From the NCBI RefSeq assembly GCF_964213995.1, contig NW_027590139.1, positions 62,001 through 126,000 of the forward strand: a DNA stretch of 64,000 nucleotides, read 5' to 3'. The position numbers were made by a program, and so were the translations under genes. Numbering within the stretch: position 1 is the stretch's first letter; every line of letters starts with the position of its first letter. The notes beneath the pieces were generated by a model, which saw nothing but the letters and a program-made list of their open reading frames with translations, was not told the DNA's origin and ran no database searches. Below are positions 48,183 through 60,880 of the stretch, in pieces. The DNA comes from Mustelus asterias. Lineage: Eukaryota.

Positions 48183-48709
48183 ATGAAGACTTTGTGTGTT
48201 AGTCTTTACCAGTTCCTCACAGCTTCAACTCTTTTAACTGTTCCCAAGTTGCACATTCTGCCGCTTGCTCGCGATACTGACATAGAAATCTTTCCATTGA
48301 ACTGTTTTTCCATCTATTTGTAATATATTCAATTACCTAAATCCCGTTGTTTCTGACAAAGTGATAAGAAAAATTAAGTTTCGTATTTCTATTCTTTTTT
48401 GCAGGTGTGAGTGCTGCAGGTTTTGTCTCCCAGGGTCCGGTTACAGCGATGAGGTTTGAAGGAGAATCGGTGTGTATTGATTTCAGCTATTCGACCACAG
48501 CGGCTGCATATTCTTTTCAGTTTTACCACCAGGACCTGGATATAGTCCCCACATTCTTGATCTACATCCCCAGTTACGAAGATGTTGTCAGAGCAGAGGG
48601 CGTGGGGGCTCGATTTTCTGCATCTTTGAACACTTCGAAAAAGCAGGGAAATTTCACCACGTGAGCTGCAGCTGTCTGACAGCGCGGTTTATTACAGCGG
48701 ACTGAGAGA
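48183..48709 (+). pseudogene. TCR alpha/delta-like V segment V1 (leader 48183-48240, V exon 48405-48709)
   Basis: Leader MKTLCVSLYQFLTASTLLT with the donor lost. The V exon reads VSQGP..EGESV..FLIYI..RFSA, then a frameshift, then LQLSDSAVYYS. Confidence 0.8.
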
Positions 48710-48748
48710 CACAGTGACCAGAAGCAGAGGAAGCCTCGTGCAGTGTGA
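48710..48748 (+). promoter_or_regulatory. 23-RSS of V1 (perfect heptamer, decayed nonamer)
   Basis: CACAGTG + 23 nt + GCAGTGTGA. Confidence 0.65.
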
Positions 48749-49354
48749 CAAAGGGAACAGCTGGGCAGAAGGGGAAAACCTGGAATTTCCAAACCTACCT
48801 GTAGATTGCTCTGATTTAAAATGAACCCAAATTATTAGCAAGTCGAGAGCAACAGGTACTGCCCTGGGAAACGTTTCCTCTGTCCCATTTTTGTCGAATA
48901 CATGAACATAACGTGAAGATGAGTTTGAAATAATCATTGTTTTTAAAATTAAAGATATTGTTATAAAAGAGCTGTGGAAAATATTTGATATTTGACATGT
49001 CGCAAGGAGAAATACGACACAAGAATTGAAGCTAAGTAAATGGAAAGACAGTGAGTGAATCAAAAGCAGAGACCGTGGTAGATATAGGTACATAGATAGG
49101 GAGAGACTGATTGAGATTTGGGGAGGTAAAGAGGAAGCGGAATGATAGAAATGAGCGAGAAACAGAGATAAATAGTGGGACTGACACGGAGTGAAAAAGA
49201 GGCGGAGGCAGGAAGGGAATTCGATGAAGAAACGGTGAAGAAACAAAGAGAGACAAGAAGGCTGTGAACACGACAAACAGAAAGCTATACAGTGAGATAA
49301 ACGCAATGTCCAAAATTGAATCAGGAATTCCAGATGGAGAAATAAAATAACATA

Positions 49355-49925
49355 ATATAGAAACATAGAAACATAGAAAAACTACAGCACAATACAGGAA
49401 AGTTGTGTCGAACATGTCCCCACCTTAGCGATTACTAGGCTTACCTATAACCCTCTATCTTACTAAGTTCCATGGACTTATCTAAAAGTCTCTTAAAAGA
49501 CCCTATTGAATCCGCCTCCACCACCGTTGCTGGCAGCCCATTCCACGCACCCACCACCCTCTGAGTGAAAAACTTACCCCTACATCTCCTCTGTACCTAC
49601 TCCCCAGCACCTTAAACCTGTGTCCCCTAGTGGCAACCATTTCAGCCCTGGGAAAAAGCCTCTGACTATCCACTCGATCAATATCTCTCAACATCTTATA
49701 CACCTCTATCAGGTCACCCCTCATCCATCGTCTCTCCAAGGAGAAAATGCCGAGCTCACTCAACCTGTCATCATAAGGCATGCTGCCCAACCCAGGCAAC
49801 ATCCTTGTAAATCTCCTCTGCACCCTTTCTATGGCTCCCACATCCTTCCTGCAATGAGGCGACCAGAACTGAGCACAGTGCTGCAAGTGTGGTCTGACCA
49901 GGGTCTTAAAGAGCTGCAAATAGTT
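49355..49925 (-). mobile_element. CR1 3' fragment
   Basis: LVRPHLQHCAQFWSP..RGDLIEVYK, with an (ATAGAAAC)n tail on the plus strand. Confidence 0.85.
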
Positions 49926-51744
49926 ATATAGTCTTATATAACATAACACGTGATAAGGAAAGGGTGATTTCGGACAGCCACTTGTCCCTCTGGAATACTA
50001 GACTAGCTGCAGAACCACAATATTATCGTTCCAGTACCCGCTGCAGTAAACAAACAAACATGGTGAGACACCGCCATCTGGTGGCTATGTGAGGCTAATT
50101 CCTGGAAAATCACCGAATTCTCAAGTTCCTGAAATATGTTGTTACAAGACTCTGCCGCATTATTCTTGCAAATATTGTTATTGTTGCAATGCAATGAACG
50201 TATACATGAGAGCCAATTCCACTTTTATCTTAAACACTGCCGATTTATTGTAATGCCTCAGCCACTCTGGATCACGAAGCTTGCTTTAGCGATATGAATC
50301 CGCCAAGGTCCCAATGAAATCCAGATTTTAAAACAACAACACATGCCAATTATGTAAATATACCCCCTGTTCACACATTCGTTCGAGATTTAAATGGTAC
50401 TGTTTCAATTTTGGTTTCCTCGGTTGGCAGCAAACTAGGAAAATAATGTCGGAATTAATATTAAACAGTAAGCGTAACAAAAGTGAAATTATGAAAAAGG
50501 CATAAGCATCAGGAATAATAAAATAAAAACAATAACATCCGTAATAATCTGGCATGGTAATATTTTAGTATGCTGCAGTATTCGAGAATAATTGGGTTTA
50601 CGCAGATCATTCCACTAGGTGGCGCTCCAGAAACTTTTATTTGACCGAAAGTACGTAAAACTGCAGTTCACCGCTCTCACATGTGACAGCTGTAAATTAC
50701 AGGAAATAATGTTGTGGTGTGACACTTCACTGTGAACAGTGGTATATTTAGGACAAGCACCCGTCGATGAATTGTCAATGTTATGGCAAAGGAGACTTGG
50801 AGAGTGAACTTTGCCAGCCATTGCATTTCATGGTGCACGGTCACAGGGTTTACTGAAGGAAAAAATCAGCGCAATGTTTCTAATTAATAGCGTTGATCAG
50901 TGAGGAGGACAGCAAAAGAGAGAGAGGGAGGGTATGTCTGTGAGAGAGAGGTCGTGCGGGTTCCCATGCTTGTGATGTAAGATTTTGGTTACGATTGTTC
51001 ACAAACACAAAGTATCCAGAAAATACAAGGACTTGAAAATCTCTTCATTTCGCTATGAGCGCCAGAGAGACAACTCTTTGTGGCGGTGATCCACAATGCC
51101 CCGTGTCCTCTGTATAAATAATGTTTCAAACAGCACACACAGCGGCTGCACTGGAAATAAACTTCCATCATTTGTAAAGTGCTTTCAGATGTCCAGAATC
51201 CATCAAGGGCGCGAGACCAGTAAAAAAAACTTTTATTTCCCTTGAAGAGTAATAGTTTATTCCAAAGGTTAAACATGTTATCCGGCCGCTTCCATCAGGA
51301 CGCGCAAAGGTTGCTGCTTTAAATTTCCGTTTCTTTATTTTAATCCATGATTGGGTGGATGAACAGTCACTAACTCCCGGGATATCCAGGATTCAGTCTT
51401 CAGTCTATTCCGAGATTCTTTCCTCCCCACAAGACACACGGATTCTTTCAGGAAAAACAATGCCAGAAGGTACTTGGGTGACGCTGATGGAAAGTGACTG
51501 AGGCATCGAGAGGTTGCTCCTATCTATCTCTCAGTTATCAGGCTGATCACCTCGATTAACCGTTGCATCAATCCGGCATGTGTAAATATAAACTATATAT
51601 AAATTGTCAAAACAGTGTAAATACCTCAGAATTAACAATATACGCGCTAATCTACACACAACGCTTGCCAGGCTAGGTTCCGTTGTTATTTTTACCGCCG
51701 ATGAAGCAGAAGATTTGAGGAGACTCTAGTCACAGGATCCATTC

Positions 51745-52060
51745 AGATGCGGCCGTGCACTCCGCGGCGGATGGTGAATTGTCAAAGGTGCCGAATGAGA
51801 TGTTAAATCGAGGGCACCGACTGCCTTCTCAGATGGACGTGATAGTGCGCAAGGACACTATTTCGAAGAAGAGCAGTAGAGTTGCTCTAGTCAATAACTA
51901 CCCAAGAATAAACGTCCTGAAACAGGCTATGCATAATAATGTTGTTTGAAGGACCATGGTGGGGGCCAAATTGGCTTGTGTTTTTTTCATTCATCGTATG
52001 AGTGACATTAAACACATTGTGTGACATCCGGTAAGTCGGCATATAAATATTCTATAATGA
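51745..52060 (+). mobile_element. Degenerate Deu-domain SINE (SacSINE1-like)
   Basis: ATGAGATGTTAAATCGAGG...CTCAGATGGACGT...CACTATTTCGAAGAAGAGCAG core, recognised from memory. Confidence 0.55.
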
Positions 52061-52102
52061 TTCACTCAACTGCCACATTGGAATGTTGAGTAATGCTCTG
52101 AC

Positions 52103-52141
52103 AGTTTTTGTACAGGTTCAGCCCATTTCTGTGTCTCTGTG
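52103..52141 (-). promoter_or_regulatory. 23-RSS of V2
   Basis: CACAGAG + 23 nt + ACAAAAACT. Confidence 0.9.
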
Positions 52142-53084
52142 GGTCTCAGTGCGCAGTAATACACCCCGGAGTCTGCCAGCTCTATCTTAGACACATTCAG
52201 CGGAATGGTGCTCTTCATAAAGTCAAACTCTGCAGAGAAACGGTCCCCTCGGAATCTTTCTGTGTTCCCGCTGTACCTACTTTTCTGATACAGAAACTCC
52301 ATGGACCCGCTGGGATACTGACGATACCAGAATAGAATACGTGAATTTTACCAGAAAGCCTAATGTCTGCAGTACAAATCTTGAGAAATACTTAGCTAGT
52401 CTGACAAACTCCGGTAAGATGTTACTTGAGATTTGCTGGCATTGTATTAAAATCAGAAGGGAAGATTAGATAATTTTTAAATGTTGACACTTTCTCTTAT
52501 TTTCTGGCTCATCGCTGGGTCGTTGCTGGTTGCAGCTGTAAAGTTACAGAACAACTGACCGTCACGTCCTTCACTCACTGTGACTGCAGCTGGTGTCTGT
52601 GTAACAGAGTCTCCTCCACAATATCCTAAAGTATTCAGAGTAACAACAAATTAAACGATGTCAAACAACTACGTTTGTCACACCGAATCTGCATTTTGCC
52701 CTGCGCAACAGCCGGATAAATAACTTGGTGCAACGAAAGTGAAACATATTTCCAACATCTCTGGGATTATAACTTGATTATATTTGATTCGAATAATAAG
52801 ATTTCTGGAATGCACATTTGGCGCCATCTATCGGGTTCAGTTCCCCTCTAGCGTTTCCTGCAATTAGGGGAAACTGACAACTGTCCATAGGTTTTCAAGT
52901 CCACTGTTTGTCACAGGGTGTGTGGCGGTAAAGTGGTGAGGGTTAATTTATGATCAATCCATTGTTACCGATGTGATGATGCCATGTGTGGTAAATATAT
53001 GAAACACAGCTTTGTGAAACTTGTGAACTGACCGGTTAACAGAGCAGCCGCTGTGAGGAATAAACACAAAGTGACAGGAGACAT
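52142..53084 (-). pseudogene. TCR alpha/delta-like V segment V2 (leader 53033-53084, V exon 52142-52625) split by a ~177-nt CDR1 insert
   Basis: MSPVTLCLFLTAAALLT|G then YCGGDSVTQTPAAVTVSEGRDGQLFCNFTAATSNDP [insert with stops] ILFWYRQYPSGSMEFL...RFSAEFD...LADSGVYYCALR. Splice sites are intact. Confidence 0.92.
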
Positions 53085-53429
53085 GTTTTCAGAGACCTCA
53101 TAGCACAGTCAACAGCAATGGGCTGAGGCTGAAAGTTTTCACTCAAGAATTGAGAAGCGGGTGAGCAACACCCACTACTCTTCTGATTGGTTCTTCGCCG
53201 CGTGCGTCATCAGTTGACATTGAATCATCTAAAACAAATATGCGAACGATTCAACCAATAATGTCAAACTCCTTGGATCTTCAATTCCTACCCTCCACGC
53301 GGAGTGAAAGGTGATTTTATTCATCTTAACCTGAGTACCCTCTGTGCAATAATTCCAGCGTTGGTCCTTTAGCTGCTCAATCTGTACAGCGGAGTCAGAG
53401 AAGGGAAACAATGAATGAAACAGTGAATG

Positions 53430-53760
53430 TATGGCCACATTCCCCTACAACTCAATTTTCAAGTTTGCTGATGACACCACCGTGGTGGGTCGGATTTCAA
53501 ACAATGATGAGGCAGGAAAGAGATGGAGAATCTGGTGAACTGGTGCGAGGACAGTAGTCGCTCCCTGAATGTCAGTTAAACGAAAGAGATAGTCATCGAC
53601 TTCATTAAGCGTAGTGGAGGACATGCACTATCGACATCAACGGGGATGAAGTGGGAATGGTCGAGAGCTTCAAGGTTTCTCGATGTCCAGATCACCAACA
53701 ACTCGTCCTGATCCATCCACGCCGGCGCTATATATAAGAAAGCCCACCAACACCTCTCAA
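53430..53760 (+). mobile_element. Rex1/Babar-like LINE RT fragment
   Basis: NSIFKFADDTTVVGRISNNDE...LNVS*TKEIVIDF. Confidence 0.7.
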
Positions 53761-53924
53761 GAGGCGAAGGGCTAGAACTTAGAACTATAACGTTTTCCTT
53801 TCACTGTCTCTAGGTCGAAATGCGGAGCTCTCTCCCGAATGGTTTTGTGTATATACTTACAACACATGGACTGCAGCAGTCCAAGACGGCAGCTCACTAT
53901 CACTTTTACAAAGGCAAGTGATGG

Positions 53925-55160
53925 GCAATCATAGAGTCATAGAGGTTTGCAGCATGGAAAAAAGGCCCTTCGACCCAAATTGTCCATGCCGCCCATTTTT
54001 TTAAACCTCTAAGCTAATCCCACTTGCCCGCATTTGGCACATATCCCTCTATACCCATCGTACCCATGTAACTATCTAAATGCTTTTTAAAAGGCAAAAT
54101 TGTACTCGCCTCTACTACTACCTCTGGCAGCTTGTTCCAGACACCTACCATCCTCTGTGTGAAACAATTGCCCTTCTGAACACTTTTATATCTCTCCCCT
54201 CACACCTTAAACATATGCCCTCTAGTTTTAAAAAACACCTACCTTTGGGAAAAGATATTGACTATCTAGCTGATCTGTGCCCCTCATTTCATAGACCTCT
54301 ATAAGATCACCCCTCAGCCTCCTACGCTCCAGAGGAAAAAGTCCCAGTTTATCCAGCCTCTCCTTCTAACCCAATCCATCAAGTCCCGGTAGCATCCTAG
54401 TAAATCTTTTCTGCACTTCTTCTAGTTTAATAATATCCTTTCTATAATAGGGTGACCAGAATTGCACACAGTATTCCAAGTGTGGCCTGACCAATGTCTT
54501 GTACAACTTCAACAAGACATTCCAACTCCTGTATTCAATGTTCTGACCGATGAAACCAAGCGTGCCAAATGTCTTCTTCACCACTCTGTCCACCTGTGAC
54601 CCCACTTTCAAGGAGCTATGAACATGTACCCCAAGATCTCTCTGTAACTCTCCCCAACGCCCTACCATTAACTGAGTAAGTCCTGCCCTGGTTCAATCTA
54701 CCAAAATGCATCACCTCGCATTTGTCTAAATTAAACTCCATCTGCCATTCATCAGCCCACTCGCCCAATTGATAAAGATCCCGTTGCAATTGGAGATAAC
54801 TTTCTTCACTGTCCACTATGCCACCAATCTAAGTGTCATCTGCAAACTTAGTAACCATGCCCCCTATATTCTCATCCAAATCATTAATATAAATGACAAT
54901 AACAGTGGACCCAGCACTGATCCTTGAGGCACACCGCTGGTCACATGCCTCCAGTTTGAAAAACAAGTCTCTACAACCACCCTCTGGTTTCTGTCAATGA
55001 GCCAATTTTGTATCCATTTAGATACCTCACCCTAAATCCCGTGAGATTTAACCTTATGCAACAATCTGCCATGCGGTACCTTGTCAAAGGCCCTGCTAAA
55101 GTCCGTGTAGACAACATCAACTGCACTGCCCTCATCTACCTTCTTGGTTACCCCTTCAAA
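53925..55160 (-). mobile_element. 5'-truncated CR1
   Basis: WQMEFNLDKC and LVRPHLEYCVQFWSP, with the same tail family as 23936. Confidence 0.88.
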
Positions 55161-55417
55161 AATACAGCTTTGACAATAACGTTCACTTTTACTAAAGATG
55201 AAAAGAACACAACCTCTTACCCATTACGTCAATCAAACCAACAACTGAACCAACCTCCTCATGCCCCCTTCGGCGAATGCGTTTAAATTTCATGAAATTT
55301 AATTCAGAATATGTGGGCGACTCGGGGTAACTTGCACCGACGAAAGACAGATAGAGATGAAATAGTAAATTACCGCAAACGACTGTCAGATTGTATGAAT
55401 CTTTTTTTTTTCACACT

Positions 55418-55626
55418 TGGCACAGTGGTTAGCACTGCTGCCTCACAACTCCAGGGACTTGGGTCATTGTCTGTGTGAAGTTTGCACATTCTCCCTGTGT
55501 CTGCGTGGATTTCCTCCGGGTGCTCCGGTTTCCTCCCACAGTCTAAAGATGTGCGGGTTAGGTTGATTGGCCGTGCTAAATTGCCCCTTTGTGAATAGCC
55601 CGCACTGTAGGGATTCCATGATTCTA
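55418..55626 (+). mobile_element. V-SINE (internally deleted)
   Basis: Matches the 32124 element. Confidence 0.8.
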
Positions 55627-55679
55627 TTTCACCGATGCTATAATGTACATTGGCAACTTCTGTCCTGCCAAGAGGCGAG

Positions 55680-56270
55680 GGTTTCTTGCCATGAATCTAA
55701 CTTTTTATCACTGAATGCCTCAGGGAGCAGAAATAAATTGCAGTGCCTCTCAGTTACAGCCCAGAGATGGGGAAAGTGAATTTTCTTGTCAAGCTGTTAA
55801 ATTGCCCAAAAGAAGTATTTGGCAAAACCTGTCTCATCGCTGAACCTCCCGCGTATTTTATCAGAATAAGCTCTGGCTTTGTTTCAGGAATGTTGCCGGT
55901 AGCAGTATAAATCATTGCTGTCGCTCGATGCAGGATTATAGATGGAGGTTAAAGTCACCGCTTCTCCTTCTGTCTTAACTCCTGAGAATAGCAGCTGCTG
56001 ATAGCGTTTCCATGACTCAGATCTGGAAAAAAATGTTCCAATGGTGAAAGGTCAAACATGCGAGAATTTAAAAATCAGATTCGCAACATGTTGGAAGTAA
56101 AAGGACAAGTAAAATGTTTTGGATCCGCTAATGTCGTAATTGTCACCATTTTACAAATAAGAATACATTGTTTAGTGCGGTTAGGGGGAGAGTGGAGTAT
56201 TACTCGGGAGGAAATACTAACTGAGATGTTACAGAGTTAGCAGGAAGGAAAGAGATAGTTCCGAATGTCG
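55680..56270 (-). pseudogene. TCR alpha/delta-like V segment V3, heavily decayed (V exon about 55716-56022)
   Basis: Acceptor ttccag; KTEGEAVTLT..LYCYRQH..IYFCSLR across frameshifts; decayed RSS TTCAGTG..CAAGAAACC; leader relic at about 56220-56270. Confidence 0.75.
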
Positions 56271-57199
56271 CTCCCGTTGTCTGTAACTCTGCAGACAATG
56301 AACCCCTCTGTCAAAGCAAGTGCTGGTCCCCAACCACAGAACTGCTCAGCCAACCGATGGCAGCCAGTGGATAGGTGCATCAATCTCCCCACTTCAGAGA
56401 CAAGGGCAGGCAGGTTAAATGGAAACTGGGACAGGTCCGACAATTGGCGCTGTTATCCTCCTGGGGTCTGTGCTTAAGAAATGATCGCGCTGTTCTCACT
56501 TTCTATCTCGTGTTGAAGTATTTCTATCTGTGAAACAAATCAACCCAAAAGACAGATTCTGGCCGGTGTGACTCGCTACAGAGGGTCATGTGTTTCTCTC
56601 AATTAGGTCCCCACCCAAGTGTCTGACTGGTACCTACAACAATATTAGATACATCATGTAGTAAAAACATTTCCTGCAATTTTACTCCAATTTTAATTGT
56701 AGACAGGGACTCGGGGACACGGGTTCGAAGTGAAAAGTGCAATTCTGGGATAATATCGAAAAATGCTTCTCATTCACAGAAAGTGGTAAATGTGCGAAAT
56801 AAGTTGCCGGTTTGAATGGAAGGTGGCTGGAACCCTAGATATTTAAGGAGATGTTTGCAGATATATTCGTACAGGGAGTTACTACATTTCCGTAAGTGGC
56901 TACATGACCTCCCTCAATCCCAGTGGTCACATGTACTGGAATGCACCAGGAACGTTATAGTGTCCAAAATGTCAACGCACAATTCTGAAGTTGCTCAGTT
57001 GAATGGGCGGCAGTTTTCAAGTTAGAAATAGAGGAACATTATGCTTATCAGAACTGGGGAAAATGTTACAGATGTAAAAGGTTTTAACATTTGCAGTGGT
57101 CGGTAAAGGCGGAAGAGCAGAAAGAGCGAAAGAGCAGGTCAGTAATTCAGTGAGAGTGGGCTTTATGGTGAGGAAATCATCCGCATTCTTTAATTTAAG

Positions 57200-57800
57200 G
57201 TTGATATTCCAATGTCTCGAATTAGACATTTGGTCTATGCTCAAATGCAGTAAGATCTGGACAATACACAGGTTTGGCCTGATAAGTGCAAGCAACATTC
57301 ATGTCACACAAGTTCCAGGCAATGACCATCTCCAAAAGGAGAGGATTTAATCAACTTTCATTTATATTTAATGGAATTACCATCGCTGGATCATCCTTCC
57401 TGCTCCCCCACCCACCCCACCCCCATCAAAATCCTGGGAGTTGACCGAAAATGAACTGGACCCAGGAATGTAAATACAGTGGCTACCAGAGCTGATCAAA
57501 GGTAGGAATCCTGCGGCGAGTAACTCACCTCCTGACTCCCCAAAGTCTGTCCACCATCTATAAGGTACAAGTCAGGAGTGAGATGGAATACTCTCTAATT
57601 GCTTGGATGAGTTTAGCTCCAAGAACACTCAAGAGGCTCGACACGATACAGGAAACATCAGCCCGCTTGATTTCTACCCATTCCATGAACATCCATTCTT
57701 GCCACCACAGACGAACAGTGGCAGCCGTGTGCACCATCTATAAGATACACTGCAGCAACTCACCAAGACTTTTTTTTACGCAGCACAATCCAAACACACG
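57200..57800 (+). mobile_element. Degenerate LINE (CR1/L2 group) 3' fragment
   Basis: STIYKVQVRSEMEYSLIAW..LDTIQ..HRRTVAAVCTIYK. Confidence 0.65.
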
Positions 57801-58326
57801 AGTCTCTGTGCCCCGGATTTATAATAATAGTCGTGTTGTTAAGTGAGTCTATGTACCGGTTATTCGACATCTCATTTGTTATGAACTACAGCAGACTTTG
57901 ATCCATTCTGCACTTAAGCATAGGAACGAATGCCGAGGAGTCGGTGTCCATGGGTTCATCTGAGTTAACAATTCTGGATGAACAGCCGGCAATTGTCTGC
58001 CATATTGCCTCCACTTTTGAAAGCATCCTTCAGCTGATAGCTAGATACTCCTGGTATCTCCTTACTATATAAATCGCGGCATGGAGCTTAGTCTCGAGAT
58101 TTCCCAAAGTGCTTCTCTGATGATTTGAACAAGATGTGGAGATGCCGGCGTTGGACTGGGGTAAAAAGAGTAAGAGTTTTAACAACACCAGGTTAAAGTC
58201 CAACAGGTTTATTTGGTAGCAAATGCCATTCGCGTTCGGAGCCCTGCTCCTTCGTCAGATGGAGGGGAAATCTGCTCACATGTGTGCCTTGTTTGTTAAC
58301 TTCATAGAGTTGTAAATACTCGCTGA

Positions 58327-58364
58327 GGTTTTTGTACGGGTTTTAGCTGTAATCTAATGCTGTG
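58327..58364 (-). promoter_or_regulatory. 22/23-RSS of V4
   Basis: CACAGCA + 22 nt + perfect ACAAAAACC. Confidence 0.85.
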
Positions 58365-58880
58365 CCTCACTGCACAGTAATAGACCGCCACGTCCTCCAA
58401 ACTGGGGGCGCTTATATTGAGGTGACCGTTCTATGTGGACTTGTCAGCAGCCGCCAGATATCATCCTGGAACTTCATTTTCTTTCACGACTAATGTTTTG
58501 GTAATAATCCCTCTCGGTGGCTGTGCAGGTTTCTGCTAATACCATTGCATGTATCTCATATACTCGTCTGTATAGTTACAATCGAGCTGCACCGAATCCC
58601 CTTGTGATGCGGTTATTGCCACCGGTGACTGAGTTACTGGATCTGCGTACAGTCCACCTGTGAAGGTAGAGGAAAGAAATATCAAGACCTCATGTAAATT
58701 TGTTTTCTATAGGCGATAGTTTGTGCAACCTCCCACCTACGCCGCACATGGATGTTTCTGATGGTTGATTAAATTGCCATCTGTGTGTATAAATATGTTC
58801 ACGTGGCTTGATGAATGTTATCTGGTACTAACTGCATGAGCGCCACAAGAATGATCAGCAGAATGTCCGAGTGAATCTCT
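58365..58880 (-). pseudogene. TCR alpha-like V segment V4 (V exon 58365-58657)
   Basis: GLYADPVTQSPVAITASQGDSVQLDCNYTDEYMRYMQWY*QKPAQPPRGII...G*YLAAADKST*NGHLNISAPSLEDVAVYYCAVR, with three in-frame stops. A leader relic (ILLIILVALM) lies at about 58832-58877. Confidence 0.92.
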
Positions 58881-59399
58881 TTCAGTGAATGAGAATGGAC
58901 GGAATCAGAGAGTGAGAAAGAGAGAGGGAACCCAGGCTCTGTTCAGTTGATTGCAGCGTGTGACTGAGTGTATGACAATTTGTCTGTGTGGATGTGATTG
59001 TGGGGAGGGGAAGGGGAGTCTATTGTGACCTCACTAGCCTACCATCCATACAGGCTCTAGTGATAATGTCACGTGAGATTGTATCACCACCCCCCTCCCC
59101 AACATCTCTCCCCTCTCCAAAACCGGGCTTGAAATTGGCGCCCTCTGCTGACAAATGTTGCTTAATGCAAGTTCGCATTTGGCTGTTGAGTGGATTCAGG
59201 GTTTACCCCAATCCATACCAAGACACAAATGCTGCCCAGAAATCCGAATTGGTGTCTTTGCTACGTTTCCTGCTTATATCGTAAAATGGTGCTGAACCTG
59301 CGGACATCATTCCTGGAATTCTCTGTTCAAATCCTGGGTACACCGAAGTCTAGAGCATACCAAGACTTTGGAAAAAGTGCCGGGTTGGGGAAGGTGTTT

Positions 59400-59710
59400 C
59401 CATGTAAGTAAAAGAGACGAGGATCCAAGGGAACAGCCTCAGAGTAAATGGACGAACGTTTAAATCAGAGATGAGGAGGAATTTCTTCAGCCAGTGGGTG
59501 GTGAAATGATGGAATTCATTGCCACAGAAGGGTCTGGAGGTCAGGTCATTGAGTAGATATGTTTTTGATTTGTAAGGGGATCAAAGTTTCCGGAAAAAGG
59601 CGGGAGAATGGGGATGGGAAACTTAGCAGACACGATTGAATGGCGGAACAGACTCCATGGGTCGACTGGTCTAATGCCACTGTTATAGCTTATCGTCTTA
59701 AGAGCTTATG
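59400..59710 (+). mobile_element. CR1 3' end
   Basis: Resembles 44990-45310. Confidence 0.75.
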
Positions 59711-59839
59711 TTTATAAATCAGAATAGTGCCAGTGATCAACAGACTAATTTGGTTTATTTTGCTTACAAACAGGAAGGTACAAAGGCGACTCAGTTGATA
59801 TGTTTAGAATTTTCCCCTTTTCAGAGAGTAAAATTTAAT

Positions 59840-60115
59840 ATTATCGATACATTGTAAAGTCCCCGCTTCTCCTTCTGTCTTCAATGCTGAGGACAGCGGC
59901 TGAGTGACAGAATCTCAATGACCCATATCTGGAAAAGGGTTGTCTTTGGAGGAGTTGGACTCATGAGAAAAGATTCTCCACCTCTGTGCGGTCTAAAATT
60001 TGAAAAAGAATGCCATAAATAAAATCGCGGTAGAATTTATGATCGGGAATGTTTGAACAAACTTGAGTCCCGAAGGGTCACAGGAGGAAGAAAGCTTCAC
60101 CTTGTAGTTCCATGC
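59840..60115 (-). pseudogene. Truncated TCR V segment V5 (leader relic plus FR1), paralog of V3
   Basis: ttccag|D MGH*DSVTQPLSSALKTEGEAGTLQC. Shares CGCTTCTCCTTCTGTCTT with V3. Confidence 0.7.
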
Positions 60116-60840
60116 CGCCGCCACCAGAGGGCAGTTGGATACCGGATTGGGTTTCATGTCGGGGCGAATTCCAGACTCACAACCGCAGCCAGTAACAATA
60201 TTGAGAAAATGTAACTAAAAGAACAAATGTCGAAACAGAAATATTATACTAGCATTGACAGCAAAAATATATTGCTTCACGGAATATAATATTATAACGT
60301 TCGTATAATTTGAACCAGTTTCAACCAGTTATATCCAGTATTTGTCGTTATACAACATATAATATCAATACATTTATTTAACGCAGGTGTCCTCATTCTG
60401 AATTGAATATCTCTGAAATATACAACATTTAATTGCAAACATGACTGACCAACAAAAGAAATCGAGTCACTGCGTAATACACATGCCATGCTGCTTATTT
60501 GAGATTGACCGCACTCATCATTGTTTAAACAAAATCAAGTACTTTTAAAAAGGAAGAGATTTAGGAGTGATCTATTAACTATGTCAATCTGCACCATTAT
60601 ATTTTGCTGTACACTGAACGAGATGCTAATATGTACACGTTGTCAAAATAGAAAATTGTATTTCCTGTCAGTGCTTCAAAAAAAATCATAATTTCTTATC
60701 TTACAGAAAGCATCTGAGGTCGGGGTCAGAGCAAAGGTACAATGGCTGCAACATCGAGATTCGGACAATGTTCAGCAACAAACTGAAATCATACAGATTT
60801 CTCTCACCGTACATGAGGAAGCTGAATGAACGCGTCTGTT

Positions 60841-60880
60841 CCGCTTTGTGCGAACTCGATAACCACTGCACTACCGAAAC
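60841..60880 (-). pseudogene. tRNA-Val 5' remnant
   Basis: GTTTCGGTAGTGCAGTGGTTATCGAGTTCGC. Confidence 0.55.

Noticed and set aside
48692-49415. Hydrophobic minus-strand ORFs (224 and 127 aa)
   Set aside because: Reverse of a GA-rich low-complexity tract, not a membrane protein.
50700-50760. CACTGTG at 50728-50734 as a possible J or D 12-RSS
   Set aside because: The nonamer is poor (TAATGTTGT), and no FGxG motif or splice donor follows.
52490-52520. CCCAGCG at the edge of the V2 insert as a cryptic RSS or RAG-transposon end
   Set aside because: It lacks the invariant CAC and has no nonamer at 12 or 23 spacing.
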